Positions 38,573-49,128 of a stretch of 64,000 bases of DNA are shown here, one piece after another. Both the position numbers and the translations under genes were made by a program. How positions within the stretch are numbered: the first letter of the stretch is position 1; every line of letters begins with the position of its first letter. Below the pieces are notes generated by a model that worked only from the letters and a program-made list of their open reading frames with translations, was not told the DNA's origin and made no database searches. The stretch lies in contig CBDUKH010000001.1 in assembly GCA_965367755.1 (NCBI GenBank), positions 73,810 to 137,809 on the forward strand, given 5' to 3'. The DNA is from an uncultured Rhodothermales bacterium (GTDB taxonomy: Bacteria; Bacteroidota; Rhodothermia; Rhodothermales; JABDKH01).

Positions 38573-38824
38573 CTAGTTCACTGCTGATGTGTCAGGTATG
38601 AACTGACCTGTAGGCGATATGCGTTCGCCGGCGCGCGGTGGACGCGTAGGGAAATTCGAGATAGAAAGCTCTGGATCTTTGTCCTTGGCAACATAGTGCG
38701 TATGGCTGCCGTGCGGGACCTCGTAATAGTGCTTGTTATCAAAGGCGCCGAGCGAAGCCGCAAACGCGAGGCCGAGGAAGCCGATTAGCAAGGCAAATCC
38801 GATCCATTTGTACTGTTTTCCCAT
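38573..38824 (-). CDS. Small membrane-anchored protein with a histidine-triad (HxxHxH) motif
   Basis: MGKQYKW plus a TM helix, then YYEVPHGSHTHYV. Confidence 0.7.
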   Translation of the reverse strand: MGKQYKWIGFALLIGFLGLAFAASLGAFDNKHYYEVPHGSHTHYVAKDKDPELSISNFPTRPPRAGERISPTGQFIPDTSAVN

Positions 38825-38990
38825 GGACACATGTCCTATTAAATGGTTTTTGCTCGAAAACAAACTAAGAGTCGGGTCACGCTGTTCCAAAAATATTGGT
38901 CACTCGTTAATTCATTACAGATTGGTCTTACAAACGTTAGATTTGGGATTCTATGCAGATATTCAACCCCGCGGACCGTCCCCGTCTAGT

Positions 38991-41246
38991 ATGCCGCTCG
39001 ACTTAAGAAGACTTGTATTGCTGTCCAAGAGGCATATAATTCACCTCTTTGTTTGCCTGGTGTTTGCAGCTTTCGCAATTCCTGCTCATGCTCAGTTTGC
39101 GACTGTTCGTGGCCTCGTAGTTGATGCGGAGGATGAGCAGCCACTGCAGGGCGTAAACGTGGCACTCCGTTCCTCGGATGGCCAGCTAATGGGCACCAGT
39201 AGCCAGGCTGGCGGATTGTACGTGCTGTCTCGTATCATGCCGGGCGAGTACACGATCACGTTTTCATTTGTAGGCTATATTTCAATCGTTGACACGCTCA
39301 CTTTTGATTTTGGTGATCTCAAAACTGTCAACGCGACGCTTCAACCTGATAACGCGTTATTGGATGATATCGTCGTAGAGTCTGAACGCAGGGAAACAAG
39401 ATCAGGGAGCATTGCCGGTTTCGAGACGATTCGAGCCTCTGACCTTGAAAAGATTCCGGTTCCGGGGTTGTCCGGAGACCTTGTCTCGTATCTGAACGCA
39501 TCACCGGGATTCCAGACCGCTGGTGACCGCGGTGGCCAGCTTTTCGTCCGCGGCGGTACTCCGATCCAAAACCTTTTTCTACTTGATGGCATGCGCGTCT
39601 ACAAGCCGGTCCATATCGTCGGCTTGTACTCAGCGTTTCCGTCTGAGATTATTTCCTATACGGACATCTATGCGGGAGGATATGGAGCTCGTTATGGCGG
39701 AAGATTATCCAGTGTTGTCGATGTAACAACAAGGAACGGAAACAAGAAGAGAGTCGTGGGCTCGGCCTCGATTGCACCTTTCCTCGGCAGTGCCCGCATT
39801 GAGATCCCCGTCGTAAAGGACAAGGTTTCTATTGTAGCGTCGGGTCGCGAGTCGCTCATTCGAGATGTCGCGCCAGACCTTATCGACGAAAGCCTTCCTT
39901 TTCGTTTCGGAGATCGCTTCCTTAAAGTTCATGGCTTTATCAACCAGACTAGTCACATTTCTGTTACTGCGCTTCGCACATTTGACGAGGGCGATCTCGC
40001 AGGAGATACGTCAGTCTCCAGAAGTATCCGCTGGAGAAACGAAGCTTACGGTGGAAGATTCCATCACCTTGCCACAACACTTCCCGTACTGGCACAAATC
40101 ACTATCTCAATTTCCAAACTGGAAGTCGAAAAACTACTCGACAACGAAGAGATTCAATCATCCCGTTCTTCAGGCTTTGAAGGCCAGTTCAATTTTGCGT
40201 ATCTCCTCGGTCAATCTGAAATCCATTTCGGCATCTTTGGCCACAGCTCACGATTTTCGTACAGGCTCAGCCCGGCATTCCGAGACAATGCGGAAGAATT
40301 TGTCACCGAGGGTGGAGCATTTCTGGATGGTATTTTCAGGGAAGGTCCTTTCCAGATAAATCCGGGGGTCAGGTTTCACTCGTATCCCAGTCGTGCCCAA
40401 TTAACGGCGGAACCCCGGTTTCGCATGAGCTACACGCCTCCTGAAATTCCGGAAATTTCTTTTAATGTAGCCACGGGCATTTATCATCAACAGATTGTAG
40501 CGATAACGGATGACCGGACTGTCTCCGATGTATTTGCGGCGTGGACTCCATCTCCAGTAAATCGTCCCGTACCGCGAGCCCAGCATCTGATCGGTGGCAT
40601 CACGGGACAGCCTCTGCCCTGGCTGAAGTTTACCGTCGAAGGTTACCGGATGGCAGCAAAGAATCTGGTTTTCCCGACGTTAGGATCAACGTTGAGTGTT
40701 AACACTGTCTTTCTCCCGATACGCTCCGTTACGCGCGGGATCGATTTCAAAGGTGTCATAACGAAACCGCGCTACTTCGTGAGCTCGAACTACACGCTCA
40801 TGTCAACCGAGTACCGGGCTCCCGGATTCACCTTCCGCCCTCCGCATGACCGGCGCCATCAATTCTATGCTAGCGTCGGCACTACCATTGCAGGATATCG
40901 ATTTGCAGCTCAATGGCAGTATGGCTCAGGACTACCATACACTCCGATTCTTGGTTTTATAGATGAAATCGAAATAGATGAACGAGATAATTCGTTTATC
41001 ACTGAAGATGGGGAGCGTGCGATAGTTTTCGCCGAGTCGCTTTCGGAACGACAGCCGCCGTTCCACCGACTCGATATTACCGTTGAGAGGACTTTTTTAA
41101 TGGGATTCGCCAACTTGACCATTCAGGCAGGTGCGATCAATGTATACAATAGAGCTAATCTGTTCGACTATGATTTCTTTACACTGACACGCATTAATCA
41201 GCTCCCCGTAATTCCTTCCATCGGTATCAGGATGCGTACGTTATGA
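38991..41246 (+). CDS. TonB-dependent receptor 1 (CarboxypepD-like + plug + barrel)
   Basis: G-x-V-x-D...PLQGVNV, plug FVRGG...QN, GGYGARYGGRLSSV; start moved to MPLDLRR. Confidence 0.9.
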   Translation: MPLDLRRLVLLSKRHIIHLFVCLVFAAFAIPAHAQFATVRGLVVDAEDEQPLQGVNVALRSSDGQLMGTSSQAGGLYVLSRIMPGEYTITFSFVGYISIVDTLTFDFGDLKTVNATLQPDNALLDDIVVESERRETRSGSIAGFETIRASDLEKIPVPGLSGDLVSYLNASPGFQTAGDRGGQLFVRGGTPIQNLFLLDGMRVYKPVHIVGLYSAFPSEIISYTDIYAGGYGARYGGRLSSVVDVTTRNGNKKRVVGSASIAPFLGSARIEIPVVKDKVSIVASGRESLIRDVAPDLIDESLPFRFGDRFLKVHGFINQTSHISVTALRTFDEGDLAGDTSVSRSIRWRNEAYGGRFHHLATTLPVLAQITISISKLEVEKLLDNEEIQSSRSSGFEGQFNFAYLLGQSEIHFGIFGHSSRFSYRLSPAFRDNAEEFVTEGGAFLDGIFREGPFQINPGVRFHSYPSRAQLTAEPRFRMSYTPPEIPEISFNVATGIYHQQIVAITDDRTVSDVFAAWTPSPVNRPVPRAQHLIGGITGQPLPWLKFTVEGYRMAAKNLVFPTLGSTLSVNTVFLPIRSVTRGIDFKGVITKPRYFVSSNYTLMSTEYRAPGFTFRPPHDRRHQFYASVGTTIAGYRFAAQWQYGSGLPYTPILGFIDEIEIDERDNSFITEDGERAIVFAESLSERQPPFHRLDITVERTFLMGFANLTIQAGAINVYNRANLFDYDFFTLTRINQLPVIPSIGIRMRTL

Positions 41247-42088
41247 TAAATACGCGGGGCAAATATCAGATTGTAGTCTGGGCAGCTATGCTGTCCGTCC
41301 TGCTGCTCTTCGGCTGCGACAATTCATTTTCACCTTTTTCGCAAAGGCCCGGGAACGCGGCAGTTATCGTCAATGGTTTTCTCGACGTCAATTCCGACAG
41401 CCAGTTCGTCAGAGTGCAGATCGTGCGGCAGTCGATTCTGAGCTCGGCATCCCTCGATGATGGTATCACAGTAGATCTTAGAAATACGAGCACGGCGACT
41501 ACAGAGTCCATGATTGACTCACTGTTTGAGTTGCCTGGCGGTGAAAAGGTCCACGTGTTCTACTCGACGAATCCGGTTCAGGAAGGCACCGAATATCAGT
41601 TGCTCGCAAGGGCGAAAGGTGGAGCTATCGTTTCGGAAAGTACGCGGGTACCATCAAGAGCGAGATTGATTCTCGAGCCTCCAACAACCGCGCAGCTCAC
41701 CGTGACGCAGGACCTCGAACTGCGAGACCTTCGTGCTGTACCCAGGGAGCTTTCTATCCGCTACACACTCCTCAGGAACGGCAATGGTCCTCCCGTTACT
41801 GTTTCGATTCCTTATCGCGATGCGGCAACACTATCTACCTCGGGTGTCGATCTCCGCGTCCGCCTCGAGGCAGACAGGTCGATAATATTTAGCCAGCTGG
41901 GAATCTCACTCAGTGATCGAACAACGGTACTGGAAAAGGTCGAAATCGTCTACGAGATTCTTTCGCAGGAATGGAATTTTGAACCACAGAACGATCAAAT
42001 AAATTTTTTCGGATCGGCCGCTACGTTCACAGAATCATGGACCCTAGCTGACAACATTCTGGCTGATCTGGGATATGCAGTTCCTTAG
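41243..42088 (+). CDS. DUF4249-like lipoprotein
   Basis: Lipobox LFGC, VNGFLD...QFVRV, Y-x-L...T-x-VP; overlaps the receptor stop. Confidence 0.75.
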   Translation: MINTRGKYQIVVWAAMLSVLLLFGCDNSFSPFSQRPGNAAVIVNGFLDVNSDSQFVRVQIVRQSILSSASLDDGITVDLRNTSTATTESMIDSLFELPGGEKVHVFYSTNPVQEGTEYQLLARAKGGAIVSESTRVPSRARLILEPPTTAQLTVTQDLELRDLRAVPRELSIRYTLLRNGNGPPVTVSIPYRDAATLSTSGVDLRVRLEADRSIIFSQLGISLSDRTTVLEKVEIVYEILSQEWNFEPQNDQINFFGSAATFTESWTLADNILADLGYAVP

Positions 42089-42197
42089 GAAATCGTTGTA
42101 CCGAATACGGATTCGCAGTGTCTTCTGAATTTACCCTTTCGAGTAAGAGTTGTTGTCCGTAACATCAGCAGCGTCAAAGTTCACGTCTTGTCTCCAT

Positions 42198-44480
42198 ATG
42201 CAATTTTCTATCTCAACACTAACTACTGTCGTCCTGGCTACGATTGTTTTCAGTTGCCTGCTGACTTCAGATGCATCTTCGCAGTCAGCTACGGTAAGGG
42301 GTTTTGTAACCGACGGCGGCGATGGACGCCCTCTTGAAGGCGTAAACGTCGTTTTGACGAACACCTCTGGAGAGCTGCTCGGAAGTGCGTCAGATGCTGA
42401 AGGCTTTTACATCATTCGCCGCATCGACCCGGGTGCCTACACGCTCCGCGCATCTTTTATAGGCTACGTAACATACGAGCAGGAACTGACGTTGTCAGCC
42501 GACGAGATCGCTACGGTAACGGTTGTGCTTAACTTTGACGAAGCAAATCTCGACGAGGTCGTGGTCGAAGGTGAACGCGCCGGTGGCGGCGCAAGAGTTT
42601 CTGCTGGTTTGCAAACCATTCGGCCTCAGGATATGGAGCTTGTGCCAGCCCCGGATGTCTCTGCCGACCTCGTGAACTACCTGACGACTCTCCCTGGCGT
42701 CGTAGCATCCGGCGACCGCGGTGGACAGCTATTTATTCGCGGCGGCGAGCCGACACAGAATCTTGTGGAGCTCGACGGTATGCTGATCTACCAACCGTTT
42801 CACATCATTGGATTCTACTCGGCTTTCCCTGCTGATATCGTGCGTATCTCTGATGTGTACGCAGGTGGGTTCGGCGCAAAATACGGAGGGCGTCTGTCGT
42901 CGGTAATTGACGTTTCATCCAGAAACGGAAACAACCGTCGGTTTGGCGGTACGTTCACCGCTGCGCCGTTCGTAAGCTCGGCACTGATAGAAGGGCCTCT
43001 CGTAAAAAATCGCGCTTCATTCCTGATCTCCGTGAGGGAATCCGTGATTGATCAGGGGGCCTCAAAACTGATCGACCAGAACCTCCCGTTTGAATTCGGC
43101 GATGCATTCGGAAAATTACATTTTACCCTGGGCGCAAATAGTCAGGCATCCTTCAGTGCACTAAGAACGCATGACCGCGGTGTTATTGGCGCGGGCGAAG
43201 CCGGTGCGGACCTGGATGATCCTACGCAGGACCAGATCGACTGGACCAATACCGCTTTCGGCTCGCGATTCATCGTCCTTCCTGCTGCTCTGCCGATCTT
43301 CGCAGAGATAAAACTGTCGTACTCGATTCTCGACCAGGGATTCGGTGTCGTCGATGATCCAACCAGAGAAACCAACGTCGCCCGCTTCAACGGATCTGCC
43401 GACATGACCTACTTCACGGGTACATCGGAAATCGGCTGGGGACTGTTCCTGCGAACATCGACGCTGGAAAATGAACTCGGTGGTCAGTTCCAGAATATTA
43501 CCAGCGACAAGGAATTCATCACCGAGGCCGGGGCCTACATTGAGCCCACCTTTAAAATGCGGAACGGCCTGAAGATCAACCCGGGTATTCGGTTGCATGC
43601 GTTCCCTAGCAAGTCGGAGACGTTCCTTGAACCCCGCCTTCGCCTCTACTATGAGCGCGGCTCACATACGCTGAGTTCAGCATGGGGAATTTATCACCAG
43701 GAGATCGTTGGGCTCAACGACCGTCGTGATGCCGGAAACGTCTATACCGCGTGGACGAGTTCACCTCTTGGAAAAGTACCCCAGGCCATGCACGTCATCG
43801 GTGGATATCAGTTCACCGGCACAAACGGCGTCGATTTTTCAGTGGAAGCATTCTACAAAGACCTTCAAAATCTGGTGATTCCAGAATGGTCAGCATTTCC
43901 TAGATTCTCGGTGAACGTCCAGCCAGCCAACGGAACGGCTATTGGATTTGATGTCCGTGTTGGATACGAGAAGCCATGGTTTAAGAGCTTCGTCTCGTAT
44001 GGCTTGTCGAACGTTGAATACGAAGCAACGGGAGATGTTATTGAACTCTGGTTTGGAACGAGCACGCAGTCGTTCTCACCTGCTCACGATCGACGTCACC
44101 AGGTCAGCGCGCTGGCAGCTCTCCAAGGAAGAGGTTTCGAGTTCAGCACACGCTGGCAATTCGGTTCCGGACTGCCATTCAACGAGTCTGTCGGCTTCGA
44201 CACATTCGTCCTGGTGAACGGCGAGAACGATGTCAGAACGGACCCCGGGACATTGCGCGTTTTGTACGGCCAGCCATACACAGGACGACTACCTACGTAT
44301 CACAGGTTTGATGTGTCCCTCAGTAAATCGTTTGACCTGTCTGCCGCAAAGGCTACTGTTCAAGTAGGAGCCATTAACGTATACGACCGAGCGAACCTGT
44401 TCTTCCTGGATCTGTTCACGCTTCAGCGCACGGACCAGCTACCGCTAATTCCATCTCTGGGACTTAAAATCGAATTTTAG
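42198..44480 (+). CDS. TonB-dependent receptor 2 (paralog of receptor 1)
   Basis: Same motifs (GDRGGQLFIRGG, GGFGAKYGGRLSSV), C-terminal KIEF. Confidence 0.92.
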   Translation: MQFSISTLTTVVLATIVFSCLLTSDASSQSATVRGFVTDGGDGRPLEGVNVVLTNTSGELLGSASDAEGFYIIRRIDPGAYTLRASFIGYVTYEQELTLSADEIATVTVVLNFDEANLDEVVVEGERAGGGARVSAGLQTIRPQDMELVPAPDVSADLVNYLTTLPGVVASGDRGGQLFIRGGEPTQNLVELDGMLIYQPFHIIGFYSAFPADIVRISDVYAGGFGAKYGGRLSSVIDVSSRNGNNRRFGGTFTAAPFVSSALIEGPLVKNRASFLISVRESVIDQGASKLIDQNLPFEFGDAFGKLHFTLGANSQASFSALRTHDRGVIGAGEAGADLDDPTQDQIDWTNTAFGSRFIVLPAALPIFAEIKLSYSILDQGFGVVDDPTRETNVARFNGSADMTYFTGTSEIGWGLFLRTSTLENELGGQFQNITSDKEFITEAGAYIEPTFKMRNGLKINPGIRLHAFPSKSETFLEPRLRLYYERGSHTLSSAWGIYHQEIVGLNDRRDAGNVYTAWTSSPLGKVPQAMHVIGGYQFTGTNGVDFSVEAFYKDLQNLVIPEWSAFPRFSVNVQPANGTAIGFDVRVGYEKPWFKSFVSYGLSNVEYEATGDVIELWFGTSTQSFSPAHDRRHQVSALAALQGRGFEFSTRWQFGSGLPFNESVGFDTFVLVNGENDVRTDPGTLRVLYGQPYTGRLPTYHRFDVSLSKSFDLSAAKATVQVGAINVYDRANLFFLDLFTLQRTDQLPLIPSLGLKIEF

Positions 44481-44481
44481 C

Positions 44482-45384
44482 ATGCGGCACAGTGCACTTA
44501 CAATATTTTCCGCCTGCCTGTTATGGGTAACTCTGGCCGTCGGTGTCACGGGTTGCGAAGAGAATGTTAATCCGTTTATAGAGACCACCCGGTACTTCAC
44601 TGCGTTCGGTGCTCTGGATATGAATGCAGACTCGCAATTTGTTCGCGTGTCCGCTATCAGACAGACGATAGATTTTGAAGAGAGTGATCCTCTCAACGCT
44701 ACTCTTACTTCGTATGACCTGACGAATGGAAAAGTTGTCGAATGGACCGACTCTCTTTTCACGTTTGACGACGGTTCTCAAGGACATGTATTTTATGCTC
44801 CTCTCAGAATCGAACCGGAACATACGTACAGAATTGAAATCGTCAGGGACGACGGAGCGATGTCTGTAGCAGAGACCACTGTTCCGTCTCTTCCCCGGGC
44901 CGTCGTTGACCCGATCAGTTTCTCCGGAGGTAATCTGTTCATCTCGCAGTCGGTCCGCTGGCTCGGCGTTGAGGACGAACCGTTTAATGTCCAAACGTGG
45001 TATCGATTCCTTAGATCACAGGGATCACCTTTCGTCGACATTCCTGTGGATTATCCGCCAGCGAACAGGGCAGATAATCTCGATCAGGGATGGCAGTTTC
45101 TTGTAAGTCAGTCTCTTGACAAAACCGTCGTTTTGGACAGCCTGGCACAGCCGACGGATTTGATTTTTATGGGGATGGGGATGGGCATAACTGTCCTCGA
45201 TGAACAGTTCGATCCGCCTGGTGGAGTGTTTGATCCTGAAGTCCTGGTTCAGCCAGGTGTATTTTCGAATGTTGTCGACGGCTTCGGTTTCATCGGTGCA
45301 ATGGGTCGGTTCACCGTTGAATGGGTTCTCCCGGATGAAGCCGTGAGAGGTCTCGGATACATTCCGCCACGCGCTCAGCAATAG
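44482..45384 (+). CDS. DUF4249-like lipoprotein (paralog)
   Basis: Lipobox VTGC, GALD...QFVRV, SNVVDGFGFIG. Confidence 0.78.
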   Translation: MRHSALTIFSACLLWVTLAVGVTGCEENVNPFIETTRYFTAFGALDMNADSQFVRVSAIRQTIDFEESDPLNATLTSYDLTNGKVVEWTDSLFTFDDGSQGHVFYAPLRIEPEHTYRIEIVRDDGAMSVAETTVPSLPRAVVDPISFSGGNLFISQSVRWLGVEDEPFNVQTWYRFLRSQGSPFVDIPVDYPPANRADNLDQGWQFLVSQSLDKTVVLDSLAQPTDLIFMGMGMGITVLDEQFDPPGGVFDPEVLVQPGVFSNVVDGFGFIGAMGRFTVEWVLPDEAVRGLGYIPPRAQQ

Positions 45385-45395
45385 ATCCTTTTCTG

Positions 45396-46088
45396 TTGAA
45401 GACCATCGTCGTCATTCCCGCATTTAATGAAGCCAGATCTATTGGCCTTGTTGTCGGCGATATCCCTGAAAACCTGGTCGACGAAATTGTTGTAGTCAAC
45501 AATGCCTCTACGGATGAAACTGAAAAGAATGCCCGAGCTGCCGGGGCCACGGTGCTATCAGAGCCACGGAAAGGTTATGGCTGGGCTTGCCTCCGTGGCA
45601 TCGATTACGCACGTGCCAGGGGATTTGAACTTATTGTCTTCCTGGATGGTGATTACAGCGATTACCCCGATGAATTACCATCTTTAGTCGAACCCATCGT
45701 AGCCGGACGGGCAGCCTTCGTCCTCGGATCGCGCATGACGGGAAGCCGAGAGCCCGGGGCAATGCTCCCCCAGGCAATTGCCGGTAATAGATTGGCGTGC
45801 TTTCTGATGAGGCTGTTCTGGGGTTCGCGGTTCACCGATCTGGGACCTTTTCGTGCCATTACCATGGATGCCCTGGATACGATAGGCATGACCGACAAAA
45901 CTTTTGGCTGGACCGTCGAGATGCAAATCAAAATCCTGCAGAATGATATTCCGTACGTCGAGGTGCCCGTTTCGTATCGAAAGCGGGTGGGTGTTTCGAA
46001 GATAACGGGGACGATTTCAGGCACCCTGAAGGCCTCATATAAGATCCTCTGGCTACTTTTCAAGTACGGCCTTTCTTCGAAACGTTAA
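45396..46088 (+). CDS. Glycosyltransferase family 2 (DPM1-like)
   Basis: VIPAFNE, VVNNASTD, FLDGD, TDLGPFRAI; TTG start. Confidence 0.92.
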   Translation: MKTIVVIPAFNEARSIGLVVGDIPENLVDEIVVVNNASTDETEKNARAAGATVLSEPRKGYGWACLRGIDYARARGFELIVFLDGDYSDYPDELPSLVEPIVAGRAAFVLGSRMTGSREPGAMLPQAIAGNRLACFLMRLFWGSRFTDLGPFRAITMDALDTIGMTDKTFGWTVEMQIKILQNDIPYVEVPVSYRKRVGVSKITGTISGTLKASYKILWLLFKYGLSSKR

Positions 46089-46201
46089 TTCCAGTTCACT
46101 AACAGGACTTAACACCGTTAACTAGAACAAATATCGTCGGATACGGTTGTATGTTTTTTATCGATCACCCCTACACTAGTGTGTAACAACAACCGAGTTT
46201 T

Positions 46202-47125
46202 ATGAGTCACGACATATGGTTTAATGGGAAACTGGTACCTCAGGACGAGGCAAAAATTAGCGTGCTTTCGCACGTTGTACATTATGGATCTTCCGTATTT
46301 GAAGGTATTCGTTGCTACGATACGCAACAGGGTCCAGCCATTTTTCGATTGAAGGAGCACATCCGCCGACTGTTAGCGTCGGCCAAAGTGTACCGTATGG
46401 AAGCGCCGTACTCTCAGGAAGAGCTAATGCAAGCATCTGTGGAGACGGTAGCGAACAGCGGGCTTGAGTCCTGTTATGTTCGACCGGTCATTTTCCGTGG
46501 TGAAGGCAAGATGGGTGTCAACCCTCTTTACAACTCCGTCGAAACCTTCATAGCTGTCTGGAAGTGGGGAGCATACCTTGGTGAGGAAGCATTGACGGAG
46601 GGTGTGGACGTCCAGGTCGCGTCCTGGAGCAGGGTTGCTCCGAATACGCTCCCAGCCATGGCGAAAGCTGGCGGTAATTATCTGAATGCTTCGCTTGTTA
46701 AAATGGACGCTGTCCTGAACGGCTATGTCGAAGGCATCATGCTCAGTACTACTGGATACGTTGCCGAAGGCAGTGGCGAAAACCTTTTCGTAGTTTCTGA
46801 CGGCAAGCTTTACACGGCACCGGTAGGAATGTCCATTCTTCCCGGGATAACGAGAGACGCTATCGTGACGCTTGCCAAGGGCATGGGTTACGAGGTTCAC
46901 GAAAAGGCGATTCCACGAGAAGCTCTTTACCTCGCCGACGAGTTGTTCTTTACCGGCACTGCGGCCGAAGTAACTCCGATCAGATCAGTAGACAAGTATA
47001 CTATCGGTAGCGGAACTCGAGGTCCGATTACTGAGGAAATACAAAATGCATTCTTTGATATCGTAAAGAATGGGAATGATCCACACGGTTGGCTGACACC
47101 GGTTCCGGTTGCAGTCCCCAACTAG
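46202..47125 (+). CDS. ilvE: Branched-chain amino acid aminotransferase
   Basis: LHYG-like [47 protein letters not shown]. Confidence 0.96.
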   Translation: MSHDIWFNGKLVPQDEAKISVLSHVVHYGSSVFEGIRCYDTQQGPAIFRLKEHIRRLLASAKVYRMEAPYSQEELMQASVETVANSGLESCYVRPVIFRGEGKMGVNPLYNSVETFIAVWKWGAYLGEEALTEGVDVQVASWSRVAPNTLPAMAKAGGNYLNASLVKMDAVLNGYVEGIMLSTTGYVAEGSGENLFVVSDGKLYTAPVGMSILPGITRDAIVTLAKGMGYEVHEKAIPREALYLADELFFTGTAAEVTPIRSVDKYTIGSGTRGPITEEIQNAFFDIVKNGNDPHGWLTPVPVAVPN

Positions 47126-47146
47126 GATTGAAAATTACGGCAAACG

Positions 47147-47183
47147 AAAAGCGCCGACCCCTTCGGGGATCGGCGCTTTCTTC
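47147..47183. terminator. Bidirectional intrinsic terminator
   Basis: AAAGCGCCGA-CCC C(TTCG)G GG-TCGGCGCTTT between convergent genes; cUUCGg tetraloop. Confidence 0.88.
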
Positions 47184-47214
47184 TTATATACTGGTTTGAC
47201 CCAAACGGCCATTG

Positions 47215-49128
47215 CTAATTTACTACAACCGTGCTGGTCATAGAGACATCAGCTGATTCAAGTCGGACAAAGTAAACACCTCCACCAACCCGACTACCAC
47301 CGTCCGTGGTTCCATCCCAAACAACCTCAGTCTTCCCTGGCGCAGACATGCCGTCGACCAGTGTTCGTATCCGCTGACCTAACACGTTATAAACCTGAAT
47401 CGTTACAAATCCTCCTGCCCTCAGATCGTACGCGACAGTTGTCGACCGAGTGAACGGATTTGGATAAGCGTTGTGAAGTGTCGTAACTGCAGTCCCATCT
47501 GGACCGTCCTCATTTCCTGTTGCGACTCCCTTACCAGACTCACTTACAGTAAAACTTTGCTCGGGCGAGAATGGCGAACCTACAAAACCATTGTCAACAG
47601 CCTGCACCGACCAGTAGTAAGTACCATTCGGGAGATTCAACGTCCAGCTGCGATTATGGGACACGTTGCCGGCTGAGTTGAACAAGCGATACCCGTCGTC
47701 AGATACGCTTGCAGAAATCATGACATCAGAAAGTCCGGGTGCCGTTCCAACTCGAAGAGAATATGTCAAGCCGGTTAGCGGGGTTTCAATATCGTCAGCG
47801 GCCGACCACGAAAAAGTGACGTTGCCCCCGTCTACCGATGAAGTGGCACCCTCAGGTATCGTCGGCGGATTATTCACCAGCCTCACACCGTTTTCGTACT
47901 GCAATAATACTGGTCGCTGCCGGTCATTCAGTCCAGCAGCAGATAAATCGATGTCCTCGTCGCCATCCAGGTCACCGATCTGTATTGAAGTCGGGAACGG
48001 AGAAGCAAAGTTGGCGACATGCACGATTCCCGAGCCTACGTTTCTATAAAGACGGCCAACCGACCGCGAGCCCACAATCGCGCGCCCACCAGCCGCTACG
48101 ATATCCAGATCCCCATCGACATCGAAGTCTCCCCAGACAGCATCACCGAGTACTGCGCCTACTTCGTTCGTCACGATCGGTGCAAACGCACCGGTATTGT
48201 TAACATAGACATGTAATACGCCATCCATAATGTTCGGCGAAATTCGCCCTCCAGAAAGAAGAATATCTAGGTCTCCGTCGCTATCGTAATCACCCCAGTG
48301 GGCAGCACCGTATATCAGACCTTCGAAGTTGCTTTCATACAAACTGAAGCTACCCGCACCGTCATTTGCATAGACCGATACATCAAACGTCCCGTCTTCC
48401 AGAACACCTGTTACCAGGATATCGTGGTCTCCATCATTATCCATATCTCCAAACTCGCCGTTGCCGTATGCATACCCCGGAATGGGACTGCTCACTTCCT
48501 GGTAGGTCCCGTTTCCAGAATTTACGTAGAGCAGCGTTGTTGGAATTCCGGCGTCAGAAATACCTGTCAGCAGAAGATCTTCGTCCCCGTCCCCATCTAC
48601 ATCAGCAGCGTCGATCGAGCCAGCGATAGTTGAGTTCAGGCCCAGGGTTGTAGCGGTGAATGTTGTCCCATCCCGCAGCGCCACCTGTGTTGTCGGTGCA
48701 TAAGGGGCAGATAAATCTGAGGTGCCAGTAACAACAAGATCGTGATCGCCATCGAGGTCCACGTCGGTCCACACAGCGTCTCCAAGCCAGGCCGGTGAAA
48801 TTCCCAGGTCCATGGACGCATATTGGAGCGTCGGGATGCTAGCACCGCCTTCAGTCTCTCTGGCCCCAAACGTAGTCGCTATGGATACCGTGGCGATGTT
48901 GGCGGGGAGACTCAAGTTGGCGTTGTTACCAACTTGAATGACATCCAGGTCGCCATCCGCGTCGACATCAAACCAGGAAAGTGCACCAAGCATAGAAACC
49001 GAAGCCTGCTGCTCGATCAGCTCAAATGTAAATGGATTTTGTGCCGATGCCTGTCTGGATAATCCAGGCAGCAGGCACATGGGTACGAGCAGTACGCCAA
49101 ACAAGGCCGAACGCAACATGAGAATCAC
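47215..49128 (-). CDS. FG-GAP/VCBS repeat protein with FnIII-like domain and T9SS type A (FlgD-Ig) sorting domain
   Basis: Repeated D-x-D-x-DGD-x-D loops; YYWSVQAVD; YPNPF...YNVLGQ...VYFVR. Confidence 0.9.
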   Translation of the reverse strand: MILMLRSALFGVLLVPMCLLPGLSRQASAQNPFTFELIEQQASVSMLGALSWFDVDADGDLDVIQVGNNANLSLPANIATVSIATTFGARETEGGASIPTLQYASMDLGISPAWLGDAVWTDVDLDGDHDLVVTGTSDLSAPYAPTTQVALRDGTTFTATTLGLNSTIAGSIDAADVDGDGDEDLLLTGISDAGIPTTLLYVNSGNGTYQEVSSPIPGYAYGNGEFGDMDNDGDHDILVTGVLEDGTFDVSVYANDGAGSFSLYESNFEGLIYGAAHWGDYDSDGDLDILLSGGRISPNIMDGVLHVYVNNTGAFAPIVTNEVGAVLGDAVWGDFDVDGDLDIVAAGGRAIVGSRSVGRLYRNVGSGIVHVANFASPFPTSIQIGDLDGDEDIDLSAAGLNDRQRPVLLQYENGVRLVNNPPTIPEGATSSVDGGNVTFSWSAADDIETPLTGLTYSLRVGTAPGLSDVMISASVSDDGYRLFNSAGNVSHNRSWTLNLPNGTYYWSVQAVDNGFVGSPFSPEQSFTVSESGKGVATGNEDGPDGTAVTTLHNAYPNPFTRSTTVAYDLRAGGFVTIQVYNVLGQRIRTLVDGMSAPGKTEVVWDGTTDGGSRVGGGVYFVRLESADVSMTSTVVVN

